A DNA stretch of 64,000 nucleotides. Source: Eledone cirrhosa (Eukaryota). Positions 41,086-50,368 of the stretch are shown piece by piece. The stretch is from the NCBI GenBank assembly GCA_964016885.1, contig OZ024745.1:28830001-28894000 (forward strand). The letters are read 5' to 3'. Position numbers and translations under genes: made by a program. Position 1 is the stretch's first letter; every line of letters starts with the position of its first letter. The notes under the pieces were generated by a model, which searched no databases, was not told where the DNA came from, and saw only the letters and a list, made by a program, of their open reading frames with translations.

Positions 41086-43897
41086 CACAATCATAGTATG
41101 ATTACAGATGATTAAATTTCCGAAGCAGCAAATGTGCGTGTGTGGGGATATTGGGTGGGTAAGTAGGTTTATATATATATATATATATATATAAGAAACT
41201 CGCTTTGATGTTAGTACTTCCTTGTTCTTGTTGAAAGCTGCCCAACCAAGAGCAATGTGATACAACGCAGCAACCATTTCATTGTTGTTTGATGATAGTT
41301 TGTGACCGAGATATACAAACTCCGTAACTTGAGCAATTTGATGGTTGTAGGTTGTGAGTTGGAGATTGGCATTGCTTTTATCAGTTGTCATACACTTTTT
41401 GGGGGAGATGTTGATGTGTAAGCCAGCCTCCAGGGAATGTTTGGTCAGTACATTCAGAAAGTCTTGCAGATCAGTTCTAGAATAACTCATGATGGCCAGA
41501 TCGTCTGCATAGCTAAGATTTGATAGGATTTTACCTCCTATTTGATAGCCAGAGGAGCATTCTTCTTCAGTTTGGTAGATAAGTGCAACTATAACTATAC
41601 AGAAAAGAACTTCTGATAGTACATCCCCCTGCTTAACTCCCTTCAAGATGTCTATACACCGTGTAGTTCCCAAATCTGTTTTGATATATGCTGATGAGTT
41701 GGTATAAGTTTTTTTCAGTAGGTTGATGTATTTTTTGTTACTTGAGGTCTTGTTTAAGAGTTGTCACAAGCTGGGTAGTTTCACCTTGTCAAAAGCTTTT
41801 GTGAAATCAATGAAGGTGATGTGCACAGGGTTGTTGAATTCTATTGAGTTCTCAATGATTTGTTCAATAGCAAGGATCTGCACAATGGTGTCTCTTCCAG
41901 GTTGATACACAGTTTGTGTTTCAGGAAATGAGGCATAACGGTCTAACTTCACTCATGCAGCAATGATACTCATGAAAAGCTTGTAAATGTGACTCAATAG
42001 GCTGATAGGACGATAGTTCCTACAATCAAGTCTGCTACCTTTTTTGTAGAGTACAACTATTAATGCTTTCTTGAACATGTCTGGGCTTTTTCCTGTAGTG
42101 GTAATACAATTTAAAAAATGTTGAAGTGCTTTGATAATTGGTTCACCTCCAGCTTTGATGAATTCTGAATATATGTTGTCCAGTCCAGGGCTTTTTCCTC
42201 ATTTCAAATTTTTTATGGCATGAGATATCTCACTAGCTAAGATAGATGGAATGGCATCTGATGTCGAATCATGAATGGTTGTTGGTTCCGAGTTGCTGAA
42301 GTACAGTTCTTCATAGAATTTAGCCCAGCATTCAAGGATATCATCTTTGGAAGTAAGGATAGTATCGTTTGAATCTTTAATGCCCCAGCTAAGATTTCTT
42401 GGTTTAGTCTTTAGTTTCTTCAGAACAGCATGATATAACCTGTTGGGTGGTAGGTTATTCAGTTCCTCAATGTTTTTACGCTCTTGACTGTGTTAATTGG
42501 ACGACAAGTTTACTTCAGAAGCTCTCTACATTCCAGAACCACATCATGAGACTTATGACTGGCAAGCGGCTCAGCAACCGTATCTGTATTAGTGAGTTGC
42601 TTAACATTACCAGACTTAGACCAATTAAATCAATTGTCAAGTCAAGAGTACTCAAACTATACGGTCATATAAAAAGATCAACTCGTGGTGTGAGTAGGTT
42701 ATGTCTGGAAGGAAGGTTGGCTGGTAAGAGAAGCAGAGGCTGGCAGCCAAAACATTGGCTTGATAATGTCATCCTATGGACTGGACTTGATCTTTGCTCT
42801 TTAAACTTTGCTGTTGATGATCAAACTTTGTGGAGAAAAATATCTCTTGATGTGCAGTCATGACACAACAGTCCACACTGTAAGGTGGTTGTGTAGGAGA
42901 TACGGTAAAAAAGCTCCCAGTCCATACTGTAAATGGGGTTGGTGTTAGGAAGGGCATCCAGCTGTAAAAAACCTGCCAGAGACACTTCTGTACAAGCGAG
43001 ACACGGTCTCCCGACCATTCCCCGCATCAAATGGAACAAAACCGTCTAACCCATGCTAGCGTGGAAGATGGACGTTAAAAGATGATGATATATATATATA
43101 TATATACATCAATCATCATCATCATCGTTTTACGTCCATTTTTCCACGCTAGCATGGGTTAGATGAGTTGTCCTGTTGTGGGCAATGCTAGGTCAGGTGA
43201 CCATGTCTTGCTCATACAGAACTGATTTCGGCTTGATTTGTAGTTGGATGCCCTTCCTAATGCCAACCTCATTTACTGAGTGTACTGGGTGCTTTTTGTC
43301 GTGACTCCTACATGACAACTTTACAGTGTCGGTTGGGCGAGAGAAACCATAATCGTTTCAGATTTAGGCATGAAGACAACAATTTTGGTGTGAGGATGAA
43401 AGTCGATTAAATCGACCATAGTGCGTTAATGGTAATTTAATTTATCGACAAAGTAAGGATGAAAGGAAGAGGGAGAAAAATAATGATTTCTAATTTAGAC
43501 ACAATAGCAAAAGTTTGAGGGGGAAGGGAAGACAATTGTATCGATCTAAGTACTTAACTGCTACTTTAGTTTATTGATCCCGGAAGGATGAAAGTCAAAG
43601 TTCAGTTCGGCGGAACTGAAATAATAACAGCTATGCACAGAATACAAAAACAAAACAAAACTACAAACTAACGTGTAATAAGACGGTATATATAAATATA
43701 TATCAATAATACTTGCAGTTAGTACAGGTGATAGTATGTAATCTAACCAGTTATATTCACTTGTCAGGTGATAATATATAAGGTAATGAGTAATGTTTAT
43801 CTGTGAGATGATAATATGTAATGTAATCAGTGATATTTACCTGTGAGGTGAAATTCATGCTGGAACATAATTCAACATTTGCTGCCATTGCTGCCAT
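14060..43897 (-). CDS. INTS5: Integrator complex subunit 5, whole spliced CDS span (22 coding exons, 974 aa)
   Basis: Hand-spliced exons sum to 2925 nt with GT-AG boundaries and matching phases. Peptides [70 protein letters not shown] and [15 protein letters not shown] match INTS5 motifs as recalled. Confidence 0.95.
14580..15066 (+). mobile_element. Two RTE-tailed SINE (family B) copies
   Basis: ttaggaagggca...ccatgctagc/gtggaagat.gacgttaaa(tga)n. Confidence 0.75.
15092..15131 (-). CDS. INTS5: INTS5 exon 21 ([13 protein letters not shown])
   Basis: ttcttcatcag / AAG|gtaaat; 40 nt; supplies the required phase 0->1 shift. Confidence 0.8.
15300..15625 (-). mobile_element. CR1/Jockey-like LINE 3' fragment (related fragment at ~35930-36210)
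   Basis: [24 protein letters not shown]...LQKFKSNIN. Confidence 0.55.
15636..15856. repeat. ~34-36-bp minisatellite
   Basis: aacaccagactggcctgt(t)cc... about 6 copies. Confidence 0.85.
16160..16264 (-). CDS. INTS5: INTS5 exon 20 (SNLLSSPL...QTVWRYMK)
   Basis: atttgcag / AAG|gttagt; 105 nt. Confidence 0.9.
16420..17800 (+). mobile_element. Degenerate RTE-like LINE
   Basis: [34 protein letters not shown] motifs with stops. Confidence 0.8.
18112..18260 (-). CDS. INTS5: INTS5 exon 19 ([18 protein letters not shown]...NYMRK)
   Basis: tctatcatag / AAG|gtaagt; 149 nt. Confidence 0.9.
18350..18840 (+). mobile_element. RTE RT remnant
   Basis: Similar to nt 34230-34720 of the young RTE. Confidence 0.7.
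18843..19090. repeat. ~39-bp minisatellite
   Basis: ggtacaatttggtgagtgataggt(t/c)ccactca... about 6 copies. Confidence 0.85.
19351..19421 (-). CDS. INTS5: INTS5 exon 18 ([23 protein letters not shown])
   Basis: atatttcag / gtaagt; 71 nt. Confidence 0.9.
20671..20915 (-). CDS. INTS5: INTS5 exon 17 (EQISRNRQ...[12 protein letters not shown])
   Basis: cctcgcag / AG|gtcagt; 245 nt. Confidence 0.92.
21737..21937 (-). CDS. INTS5: INTS5 exon 16 (ENAALFGS...[10 protein letters not shown]...PLSE)
   Basis: atttcag / GAG|gtaaat; 201 nt. Confidence 0.92.
22505..22623 (-). CDS. INTS5: INTS5 exon 15 ([14 protein letters not shown]...FLLEEAFAS)
   Basis: atttcag / gtaagt; 119 nt; open frame and phases fit. 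Confidence 0.87.
23037..23257. mobile_element. piggyBac-type MITE
   Basis: CCCTTTAGCATTTA...TAAATACTAAAGGG, flanked by ATAA/TTAA; same family as 54535-54730. Confidence 0.8.
23559..23755 (-). CDS. INTS5: INTS5 exon 14 (SQLVSNIH...RILHFT)
   Basis: ttctccag / CAG|gtaaaa; 197 nt. Confidence 0.9.
23876..24060 (-). mobile_element. SINE family A
   Basis: Near-identical to 1127-1318. Confidence 0.88.
24987..25183 (-). CDS. INTS5: INTS5 exon 13 (LVKFLQMQ...[12 protein letters not shown]...AALC)
   Basis: ctctccacag / gtaagt; 197 nt. Confidence 0.9.
25290..25432. repeat. 33-bp tandem repeat in INTS5 intron 12
   Basis: ggtggtagtagtggcatggttgtgtt-containing unit, about 4-5 copies. Confidence 0.75.
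25454..25562 (-). CDS. INTS5: INTS5 exon 12 (SEWYLRLL...KHPSQ)
   Basis: tatttcag / CAG|gtaaac; 109 nt. Confidence 0.88.
26125..26261 (-). CDS. INTS5: INTS5 exon 11 ([12 protein letters not shown]...SSGQ)
   Basis: ttttgcag / AG|gtatat; 137 nt. Confidence 0.88.
27380..27438 (-). CDS. INTS5: INTS5 exon 10 ([19 protein letters not shown])
   Basis: gtttccag / gtaagt; 59 nt. Confidence 0.85.
27596..29070. repeat. ~41-bp minisatellite filling most of INTS5 intron 9 (~30 copies)
   Basis: cagctaataagaccagtcacagccagtcctatatcagtggt repeated. Confidence 0.95.
28897..29000. mobile_element. mariner-like MITE inserted at the TA of a minisatellite unit
   Basis: TA-CAAGGGTTGGCTGAAAAGTTCATAGGCTGA...TCAGCCTATGAACATTTCAGCTGAGCCTTG-TA. 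Confidence 0.75.
29113..29219 (-). CDS. INTS5: INTS5 exon 9 ([11 protein letters not shown]...PPKHQ)
   Basis: gtttccag / AG|gtaaca; 107 nt. Confidence 0.88.
29490..30410. repeat. Compound (TACA)/(CA)/(TA) microsatellite interrupted by a LINE 3' fragment (~29930-30165, minus)
   Basis: Low-complexity repeats; insert translates on - as [21 protein letters not shown]. Confidence 0.85.
30560..30910 (+). mobile_element. Penelope-like GIY-YIG fragment
   Basis: [24 protein letters not shown] / RFAEHL. Confidence 0.75.
31267..31342 (-). CDS. INTS5: INTS5 exon 8 ([24 protein letters not shown])
   Basis: ctactgcag / gtaagt; 76 nt; phases 1 and 2 fit both neighbours. Confidence 0.85.
31908..32025 (-). 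CDS. INTS5: INTS5 exon 7 (DSFQPG...[11 protein letters not shown]...LVKT)
   Basis: cctccag / gtaagt; 118 nt. Confidence 0.9.
32109..32640. repeat. Compound (ATG)/(GTG)/(GTA) trinucleotide array in INTS5 intron 6
   Basis: Directly visible. Confidence 0.9.
32708..32912 (-). CDS. INTS5: INTS5 exon 6 ([12 protein letters not shown]...SLFQ)
   Basis: atttctag / gtgagt; 205 nt. Confidence 0.93.
33353..33445 (-). CDS. INTS5: INTS5 exon 5 ([30 protein letters not shown])
   Basis: ttattccag / gtaagt; 93 nt; conserved SPHFDW motif. Confidence 0.93.
33832..35850 (+). mobile_element. 5'-truncated RTE-clade LINE with uninterrupted RT ORF (33847-35451, 534 aa), 3' UTR and (GAT)n tail
   Basis: [36 protein letters not shown], internal Cys finger, GRPRKTW. 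Confidence 0.95.
36259..36413 (-). CDS. INTS5: INTS5 exon 4 ([10 protein letters not shown]...ECFAA)
   Basis: ttttcag / gtaagt; 155 nt. Confidence 0.93.
36565..37055. repeat. ~50-bp minisatellite related to the internal unit of SINE family B
   Basis: cagtacactctgtaaagtggtagtactggtgccctcataaactgcaca repeated about 9 times. Confidence 0.9.
38022..38125 (-). CDS. INTS5: INTS5 exon 3 (DDSSRCLEP...WAPIISA)
   Basis: ctgttacag acceptor with upstream ctaat branch point; gtaagt donor; 104 nt. Confidence 0.88.
38475..38697 (-). CDS. INTS5: INTS5 exon 2 (DILNEVRYF...PEQLI)
   Basis: ttccttgcag acceptor; AG|gttagt donor; 223 nt. Confidence 0.93.
39027..39059 (+). pseudogene. 5' half of tRNA-Glu (33 nt)
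   Basis: TCCCATGTGGTCTAGTGGTTAGGATTCCTGGTT matches the tRNA-Glu(TTC) 5' half as recalled and ends just before the anticodon. Confidence 0.75.
39572..39762 (+). mobile_element. SINE family A, full length
   Basis: ggcggtggattggcagtatcggtagag head, B box, core, tail. Confidence 0.88.
39978..40185 (-). mobile_element. SINE family A
   Basis: Reverse-complement copy. Confidence 0.88.
40230..40800 (-). mobile_element. RTE apurinic endonuclease remnant
   Basis: Degenerate GVHG.G.RNE..RLLQFC..NEL motif on the minus strand. Confidence 0.55.
41194..42862. mobile_element. LINE with inverted 5' part (41194-42445, minus) joined to a direct 3' part (42447-42862, plus)
   Basis: Minus: [33 protein letters not shown]...LTSKRVS. 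Plus: FYALDCVNW...LYGHIKR...GKRSRG. Confidence 0.85.
42862..43335. mobile_element. Tail-to-tail pair of family-B SINEs
   Basis: + copy ending ggacgttaaaagatgatga at ~43090; - copy starting catcatcgttttacgtcc at ~43115. Confidence 0.8.
43841..43897 (-). CDS. INTS5: INTS5 coding exon 1 ([19 protein letters not shown])
   Basis: aaaATGGCAGCA start; CAG|gtaaat donor; 57 nt, phase 0, joins DILNEV in frame. Confidence 0.8.
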
Positions 43898-44307
43898 TTT
43901 AAAATAAAGCCGAGTGCTTTAACTTTACAGCCACACTTTCGTATCTAACATTTTTAGTTTTTTTATTTTATTTTCTCTCTCAATCTTAGCTTTTAACACA
44001 CACACTCTCTCTTAACTTCTAACACATTTCTCTTTCTCTCTTTCCCTGTTTTAATTTCTTACCCTTTCTCTCTCAGCTTCTAACACTTTTCTCTTTATTT
44101 CTCCCCCTCTCTTAGGTTTTTATTCACTCTCTTTCTCTTTTTAAGCTTCTACCACTTTTCTCTCTCTCTGTTACCTTCTATCATTTTCTCCCTCTCTTAG
44201 TTGTTAACCCTTTCTCTTTCTCCTTTAGATTTTAACACTTTTTCCCCTCTCTTTCTTTCCTACCTTCTAACATTTTCTACAACGGTATTTAAAAAAAAAT
44301 AAGAAGA

Positions 44308-44686
44308 ATTGTTTCTACTTTTGGCACAAGGCCAGCAATAACTCAGTGCATTACTGGTACTTTATTTTATCGACCCCGTAAGGATGAAAGGCAAAGTTAA
44401 CCTCGGTGGGATTTGAACTCAGATCATAAAGGGACGTAACTCTATGCTTCAAAGCATGGTGTCCGACTCTACCGATAATATAAATAAAAAGGAATAGAAA
44501 TATGATAATTGTTTCTACTTTTGGCACAAGGCCAGCAAATACCCCAGTGCATTACTGACACTTTATTTTATCGACCCCCGTAAGGATGATAGGCAAAGTT
44601 AACGTCGGCGGATTTGAACTCAGAACATAAAGGGACATAACTCTATGCTGCAAAGCATGGTGTCTGACGCTCTACCGATACTGTCA
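44308..44686 (-). mobile_element. Two tandem family-A SINE copies
   Basis: Same core as the other copies. Confidence 0.85.
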
Positions 44687-44699
44687 ATAACGATACAGC

Positions 44700-45820
44700 A
44701 CAAACGAATATAATATAAAGGAAGGGGTGGACAACCGAGCCACTACCAGAGCAAAAGATAGCAATATCGCGAGGAGCACTGGGAAACCACTCTAATGATT
44801 TTTGAGGCAAGCCAGCACGCTCGCAGCGTTACCTCGGGTGATGGCCAGGCTGATGCGTTGGAACAACCAAGCGCCCTTGCAGGATTCACCTGTTTCCGCT
44901 GTTCGGCGAGCCGCCAGTGAAGATAGAAATCTCGCAGTCAGCAGCCCGACTCCTCCGAACACCACAGGCTGGATAATGTAGTTAGCTGATAGATCACAGT
45001 ATTTTAGAATTTTGCTCCGTTCGGCTGCGGAAGCTATGGCTCTCGCCCTAACTGCAGCATCCAGGATGTGGCAAGAAGCAAAAGAGTCACTAACAGTGAC
45101 GTCCCAGACAAGGCATCTGCCTCTCGACCAGGGGCACAGCGTAAGGCCATCAGGTATTTCCCCATCACTCCTGGACAACCCGGATGGTTCCAAGATTGAG
45201 GGGATGTTCGCCCGAGCCAAAGATCCCTTGAGAATAAGGTTTAGCTCCGTGTGATGCACGAAGCGACCGGCATTCAGGCGGCAAGAAAGACCGTGGAGTC
45301 AAGGAGTTTTCCACAACGACACCTCAAACCCGTACAGACGTCAGCTCCCACTCTGAAGGCGATGGAGACACGAAGTTCGTCCAAGCTGAGTAGGCCACGT
45401 TGAGTAGTTGGCGTTGACAGATAGTAAGCGGCACCTTGCAAACTGATCCGACCAGACGAAGAAGGAATCGAAGGTGGCCTTCGAACTTATGCTGTCCCAA
45501 GCTCTCTGACTTCGACTGTCCTCCACCTTCTCAGGAACACACAAGCCCATCTCACCCGATTGTTAGAAAGCTTCATCCAACTCCCTGTTGGAACTAGTCC
45601 ATGTTGGAGAGGAGAGGACGTTGCTCACCAAGGTGGAACAAGCCTGAGTGGAGGAAAGGAAGCAAGGGAGAGAGAGGGAGGAACATTTACGAAGACTAAG
45701 ACACCCAAATCGCTTGGGTAACGCAGCCTGATCGTGGGACTCTGGAGAGAGTCTAACATTAACCAAGCATTCAAGTTTCTCGAAGATTAGGTCGACGAAG
45801 CGTTGGAGGCAGGACAGACA
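44700..45820 (-). mobile_element. CRE-like retrotransposon, same family as 5425-6470
   Basis: Ends ...AASVLACLKNH* with shared 3' UTR; frameshifted. Confidence 0.87.
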
Positions 45821-46288
45821 TCTCTCTTAGCTTATAACACTTTCTCTACCTCTTTTTTACTTTATCGTCTTTCTCTCTCTTATATTTAGTTTCTTGCCTT
45901 CTTTCCCTCCTTCTCTCTAAGCTTTGTATCCTCTCGCGTACTTCTCTTTTTACCATCTCCTAATTTATCTTCTTATACACACTCTCTCTCTCTCTCTCTT
46001 ACTTTATATTCTTACTCTCTCACTTTTACATCCTTTCTCACCCATTCTCTCTTATCTTCTAAACCTCTAGTTTGTTTTTAACCCCCTCCCTGTTACTTTA
46101 TTTTCTTACGCTCTTTCTCTCTTATTCCAACTTTATCTTTTTATCCGCCCTTTCTCTCTTATTTTCTTTTCTTATTCTTTCTTTATCTTCTTGCTCATCA
46201 GTTTTCTCACATCCGCCTCTTTCTTAATTTAGCTTTATATTCCCTCTCTCTCCCTATCTCTTTCTCTCTTTCTCTACTTTAGCTTCTT

Positions 46289-46350
<62 letters not shown>

Positions 46351-46399
46351 TTTGCTTTTTAAAGGATAAATTTCATTTACGTAAATATCGAGTTTAATA

Positions 46400-46605
46400 G
46401 TGTTTCTATATGTGGCACAAGGCCAGCAATTTGAAGGGAAGAGGAAAGTTGATTAAATAGACCTCAGTGCATTAGAAGTACTTTATTTTATCGACCCCGT
46501 AAGGATGAAAGGCAAAACTAACCTCAGTGGGATATGAACTCAGAATGTAAAGGGTCGTAACTATATGCAAAGAATGTTGTCCGACGCTTTACCGACACTG
46601 TCAGT
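46400..46605 (-). mobile_element. SINE family A
   Basis: Shared core. Confidence 0.8.
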
Positions 46606-46639
46606 CTAATTAAGCAACGCAAGAAAAGGAAAGTGGGGA

Positions 46640-47845
46640 CGAAGCGACACTCTGCACACCCCAGCCCGAGTGGCATGCTTCAGCTTCGCCCCGCGGGCAA
46701 AATGGCAAATATATTGCCGCGGAGAATGGCCAACGATGCTAGCTGCAACAGCCACCCTACCCCACGAGACTCCTTCCTCGGGCTAGTTGCAGTCTTTCTG
46801 ATTTTGCGAAAGAAAACTGCAACTCGGAGACCAAGGACACCTGAGGTCTCGACGGCGACAGGCATGAAAAGAAAGCGATTGGTCAAGCCCTGGTATTTGG
46901 TTATCTTTCTATCTTTTTGCATTGCAGGAGGCGATACCTGGGTTTTGCGGTCGAAGCGACAAGGTTTGAGGTGGAGAAGGAGTCGCAGCACGTGACGTCC
47001 TAATTTAAGGATTTACCTCCCCCGAATGGGAAGAGAGATATTTTGTCTAGGCGCTTACCATCACCACGGTCGAGGCCAGCTGGCTCCAGTTGTGACGAAA
47101 TGCCAGTTGCATTCGGACTATATCGTTCAAAGTAGCGTGTCGAAGGAACCGACCAGTGCTATGGCTGCAGGATAGCAGGTGCAGACCAAACTCGTCAACA
47201 TCCGCTCCAAAATGGCAATTGAGCGGCTCACAATTACGGAGTGCCAATGCGAGTGCACTGATCCTCAAGAAGGGGGAGGTTGATGAGAAACGCACTGAAT
47301 TGAGCCATGCATCGCTGTTTGACTGCGAGGCAGAACGGAGGCAGGCGAGCCAGTATTGGTCTACGGGAGACTCTGCCTGAAGGTTGACCTGCACTTGATG
47401 TCGTTCCCGTTGCGTTGGTCATCTGAATACTGGGTGACGGTGAGGCTTTCATCAATCCAATCGGCTAGAGGTGACTTCAGTTCCCGGTCTACAATTGTTC
47501 TGCTGTCTTACAGAGGACGTCGCTGATGAAGGCGAGGCTGGAGGTGATTGAGGATAGGTAGGCCGACAGTGCTAGATCAGAAGTACAGAGGTAGCTCGGA
47601 GGTCGAGTCCACCGAATTTCACGGCGAGTCGCGTCTGTTTCCAGCTAGTGATGTCGAAACTAACATTGTAGTTAAGTTCAGCACATCGTCGGATGGTGGC
47701 GTCAAGTTTGATGAGGCGATCCGTGTGAGAGTGACAAGGTGTACCGCACAGCGTGAAGAGGAATAGGGGAGGAAGAAACAGTTCCTCAGAAAAGCGGTCG
47801 GTGCGTTTCAATGAGGCGCAATCTCTCCGTCATCATCGCCAGGTC
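46640..47845 (-). mobile_element. Second CRE-like family, degenerate
   Basis: QTRLAVKFGGL, GLHLLSC..STGRFLRH, FMPVAVETSG, SLAILRGN. Confidence 0.8.
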
Positions 47846-48336
47846 ACCATTATTACTTTATTATTTTAATCTTTCTCTTTTATCTTCTTATTCTCTCTTA
47901 GTTTCTTACACTCGTCTCTCTCTCTATTTCTCCCTATTGTGAGTGAAACTGGGTAGAGAGAAATTGCATATAAGCCCAGCAGATGAATTGTATCTAATTC
48001 AAAGGGCCAGCCTTGCCACACACTGTGTCACATTGAATCTCCCTGAGAACTACATTAAGGGTACGGTTGTTGTAATAGAAAGTTCCAGTCTTGTCATATT
48101 GTGTCATGCTGATTCGGCCTGAAATTATGTTTAAGGTTCACATGTCTGTGGAATACTCAACCAGTTGCGCGTTAATCCGTATATGTATAGGTTCGTCGGT
48201 GACTAAACCAGCAATCCCACCAAATTTGCTTGGTGAGGAAAGTGATTTGGAACACCCTGTAGGATGAAAAACAAAACCTGACAAAGGGTGGATGAACTCA
48301 TGAGAGTCAACGGCTATCCAACAGTGTGTACATATG

Positions 48337-49182
48337 TGTAACGGAATATTATGTGTGTGGTTGTAACGATAAGTGGATGGATGTAACTGTTGGTATGGTG
48401 GTTTCGATGTAAAGAAAAATACCAGGATTGTGTTGTTACAAAGTTTATTTTATTATAATAAAATATTCAATTTGAATATTGAATGATAAAATCAATAACA
48501 CAAAATATTCATACAATAATTTGGTGGCTCTTCGAACCACGTAAATTCAAGTATCACAGAATACGATTATAATATAATTTGTACTGCATCAGAAAGGTAC
48601 AATATGTGTAAACAGAAATGGTGGTGCGTGTAAAACGACTGAACTCACTATGAATGCGTGTGTGCGTATCAGTATATTTACTTATTTGTATTGCAGGAGT
48701 CAGCGATCAGCCAGGAAGGTGAGAATAAGTGGCAGACTGGTTTTTCGTGACGAGAGCTTGTAAATGCGACTTGTCTTGTCTGTATATCACTTCTTTTCTG
48801 TCGGGGCGTGAACAACCCCTGTATTTATAAGAGTTGAAGTTAGAAGGATAGATATATCCTCTGAACTTTGGTTAGTCTCCCAAGCGTAAACAAGTCAGAA
48901 AGATGGATATATCCTCTGACCTATTTTCTGTCAGGCGTAAACACCTCTGACCTGTGTTTAGCCTCTCCCAAGGGGTTAGTCTTTTAGGCGTAAACAAGTT
49001 ACCACGGCTTGTCCCAGAGGCGGGAAAGCTCAGATTCGGTTTCGAATCTTCGCCGCCGTTATATATGGATGTGCAAATATATATATGTTAATTTAAGAGT
49101 GTGCAGAGCTGTAGTAGATTTCACTAGATGGGCTTTTGTGGTGTCCCCGTGTGTCCCAGTGTCTATTCAACATGCCACACAG
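48337..49182. mobile_element. Possible solo LTR
   Basis: TGTAAC...CACA ends, internal short repeats (ggatatatcctctga, gcgtaaacaag), TATA/AATAAA-like motifs on the minus strand; no TSD confirmed. Confidence 0.3.
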
Positions 49183-50179
49183 CAAATTGATGACACGCAA
49201 TATATGCTCAGTCAAGCTAAGCATTTATTCTCTCTCAGTTTGAAGACCGATCTGCGTGAAGAGCCACGTATCGATATCATAGTAAGTAGTAGCTCATGTG
49301 ACGATAATCAGTTTAATTAGATGACCTCAGCGTTGCGAACACATGTGGCATCGCAGATGATCGATGATTAATTCGACAATGGGTTGGCACAACTGTTCTA
49401 GTAAGCGGAGAAATCTACGAGTATACAGGTGTGGCGAGCCGCATAAAGTCTAACCATTAGAAAAAACAAAATGAATGTTTCACCTTCAAAAGAGGGATGA
49501 CTTAAGAAGACATGTGAGGTATTTGATATGACTATTCCACTATCGGGTTGATCTAATTTCTCACTGTTATCTGTGAATACTTTGTCTGACCAATACTAGC
49601 ATTGGTCTTTTTATCTGATTAATAACCGTAAATGTATGTGTGAGTGTCTGTCTGTATGTGTGAGTGTCTGTCTGTATGTGTAAGTGTCTGTCTGTATGTA
49701 TGTGTGAGTGTCTGTCTGTATGTGTGAGTGTCTGTCTGTATGTGTGTCTGTCTGTATGTGTGAGTGTCTGTATGTATGTATGAGTGTATGTATGTATGTG
49801 TGAGTGTCTGTCTGTATGTGTGAGTGTTTGTATGCATGTGTGAGTGTATGTATGTGTAAAAGGTTTTATTCATTTATATATTGTCTTATAGCTTTAGTTA
49901 AGATATATAAATAATAAAGTTGATAACATTTCGTAATTTGTTAAATTATTATTTAATGACTAATAAACATTAACAGAAGAAGGGAAAAACTATCTCCGGA
50001 GAAGGGCTGCTGAAACTAATAGTACCAAAAAGTTTGTTTGAAACGAGCTCTGCCGTCGGGGTTAAACATTTTCTTATTACCCACTCTACTACCCTAAGTA
50101 TTGAGTACTCTGGTGCGTTATGGTCCACCTGGTTCCTTACCACACTTCCTTCGTTATATATATATATATAATATATTAT

Positions 50180-50368
50180 GGTAGATTGGTAGTATCGGTA
50201 ACGGGTCGAACGCCATGCTTTGACGCATAGAGTTACGGCCCTCGCCCTTCTGAGTTCAAATCCCGCCGAGGTTAACTTTGCCTTTCATCCTTACGGGGTC
50301 GATAAAATAAAGTACCAGTAATGCAGTGGATAATTTGCTGGCCTTGTGCCAAAAGTAGAAACAATTAT
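50180..50368 (+). mobile_element. SINE family A
   Basis: Shared head and core. Confidence 0.85.

Larger units (their letters stand above)
43940..47940. repeat. Degenerate pyrimidine-rich tandem array upstream of INTS5, broken by SINE and CRE insertions
   Basis: ctctcttagcttctaacacttt-like units at 43940-44280, 45820-46360 and 47860-47940. Confidence 0.65.
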
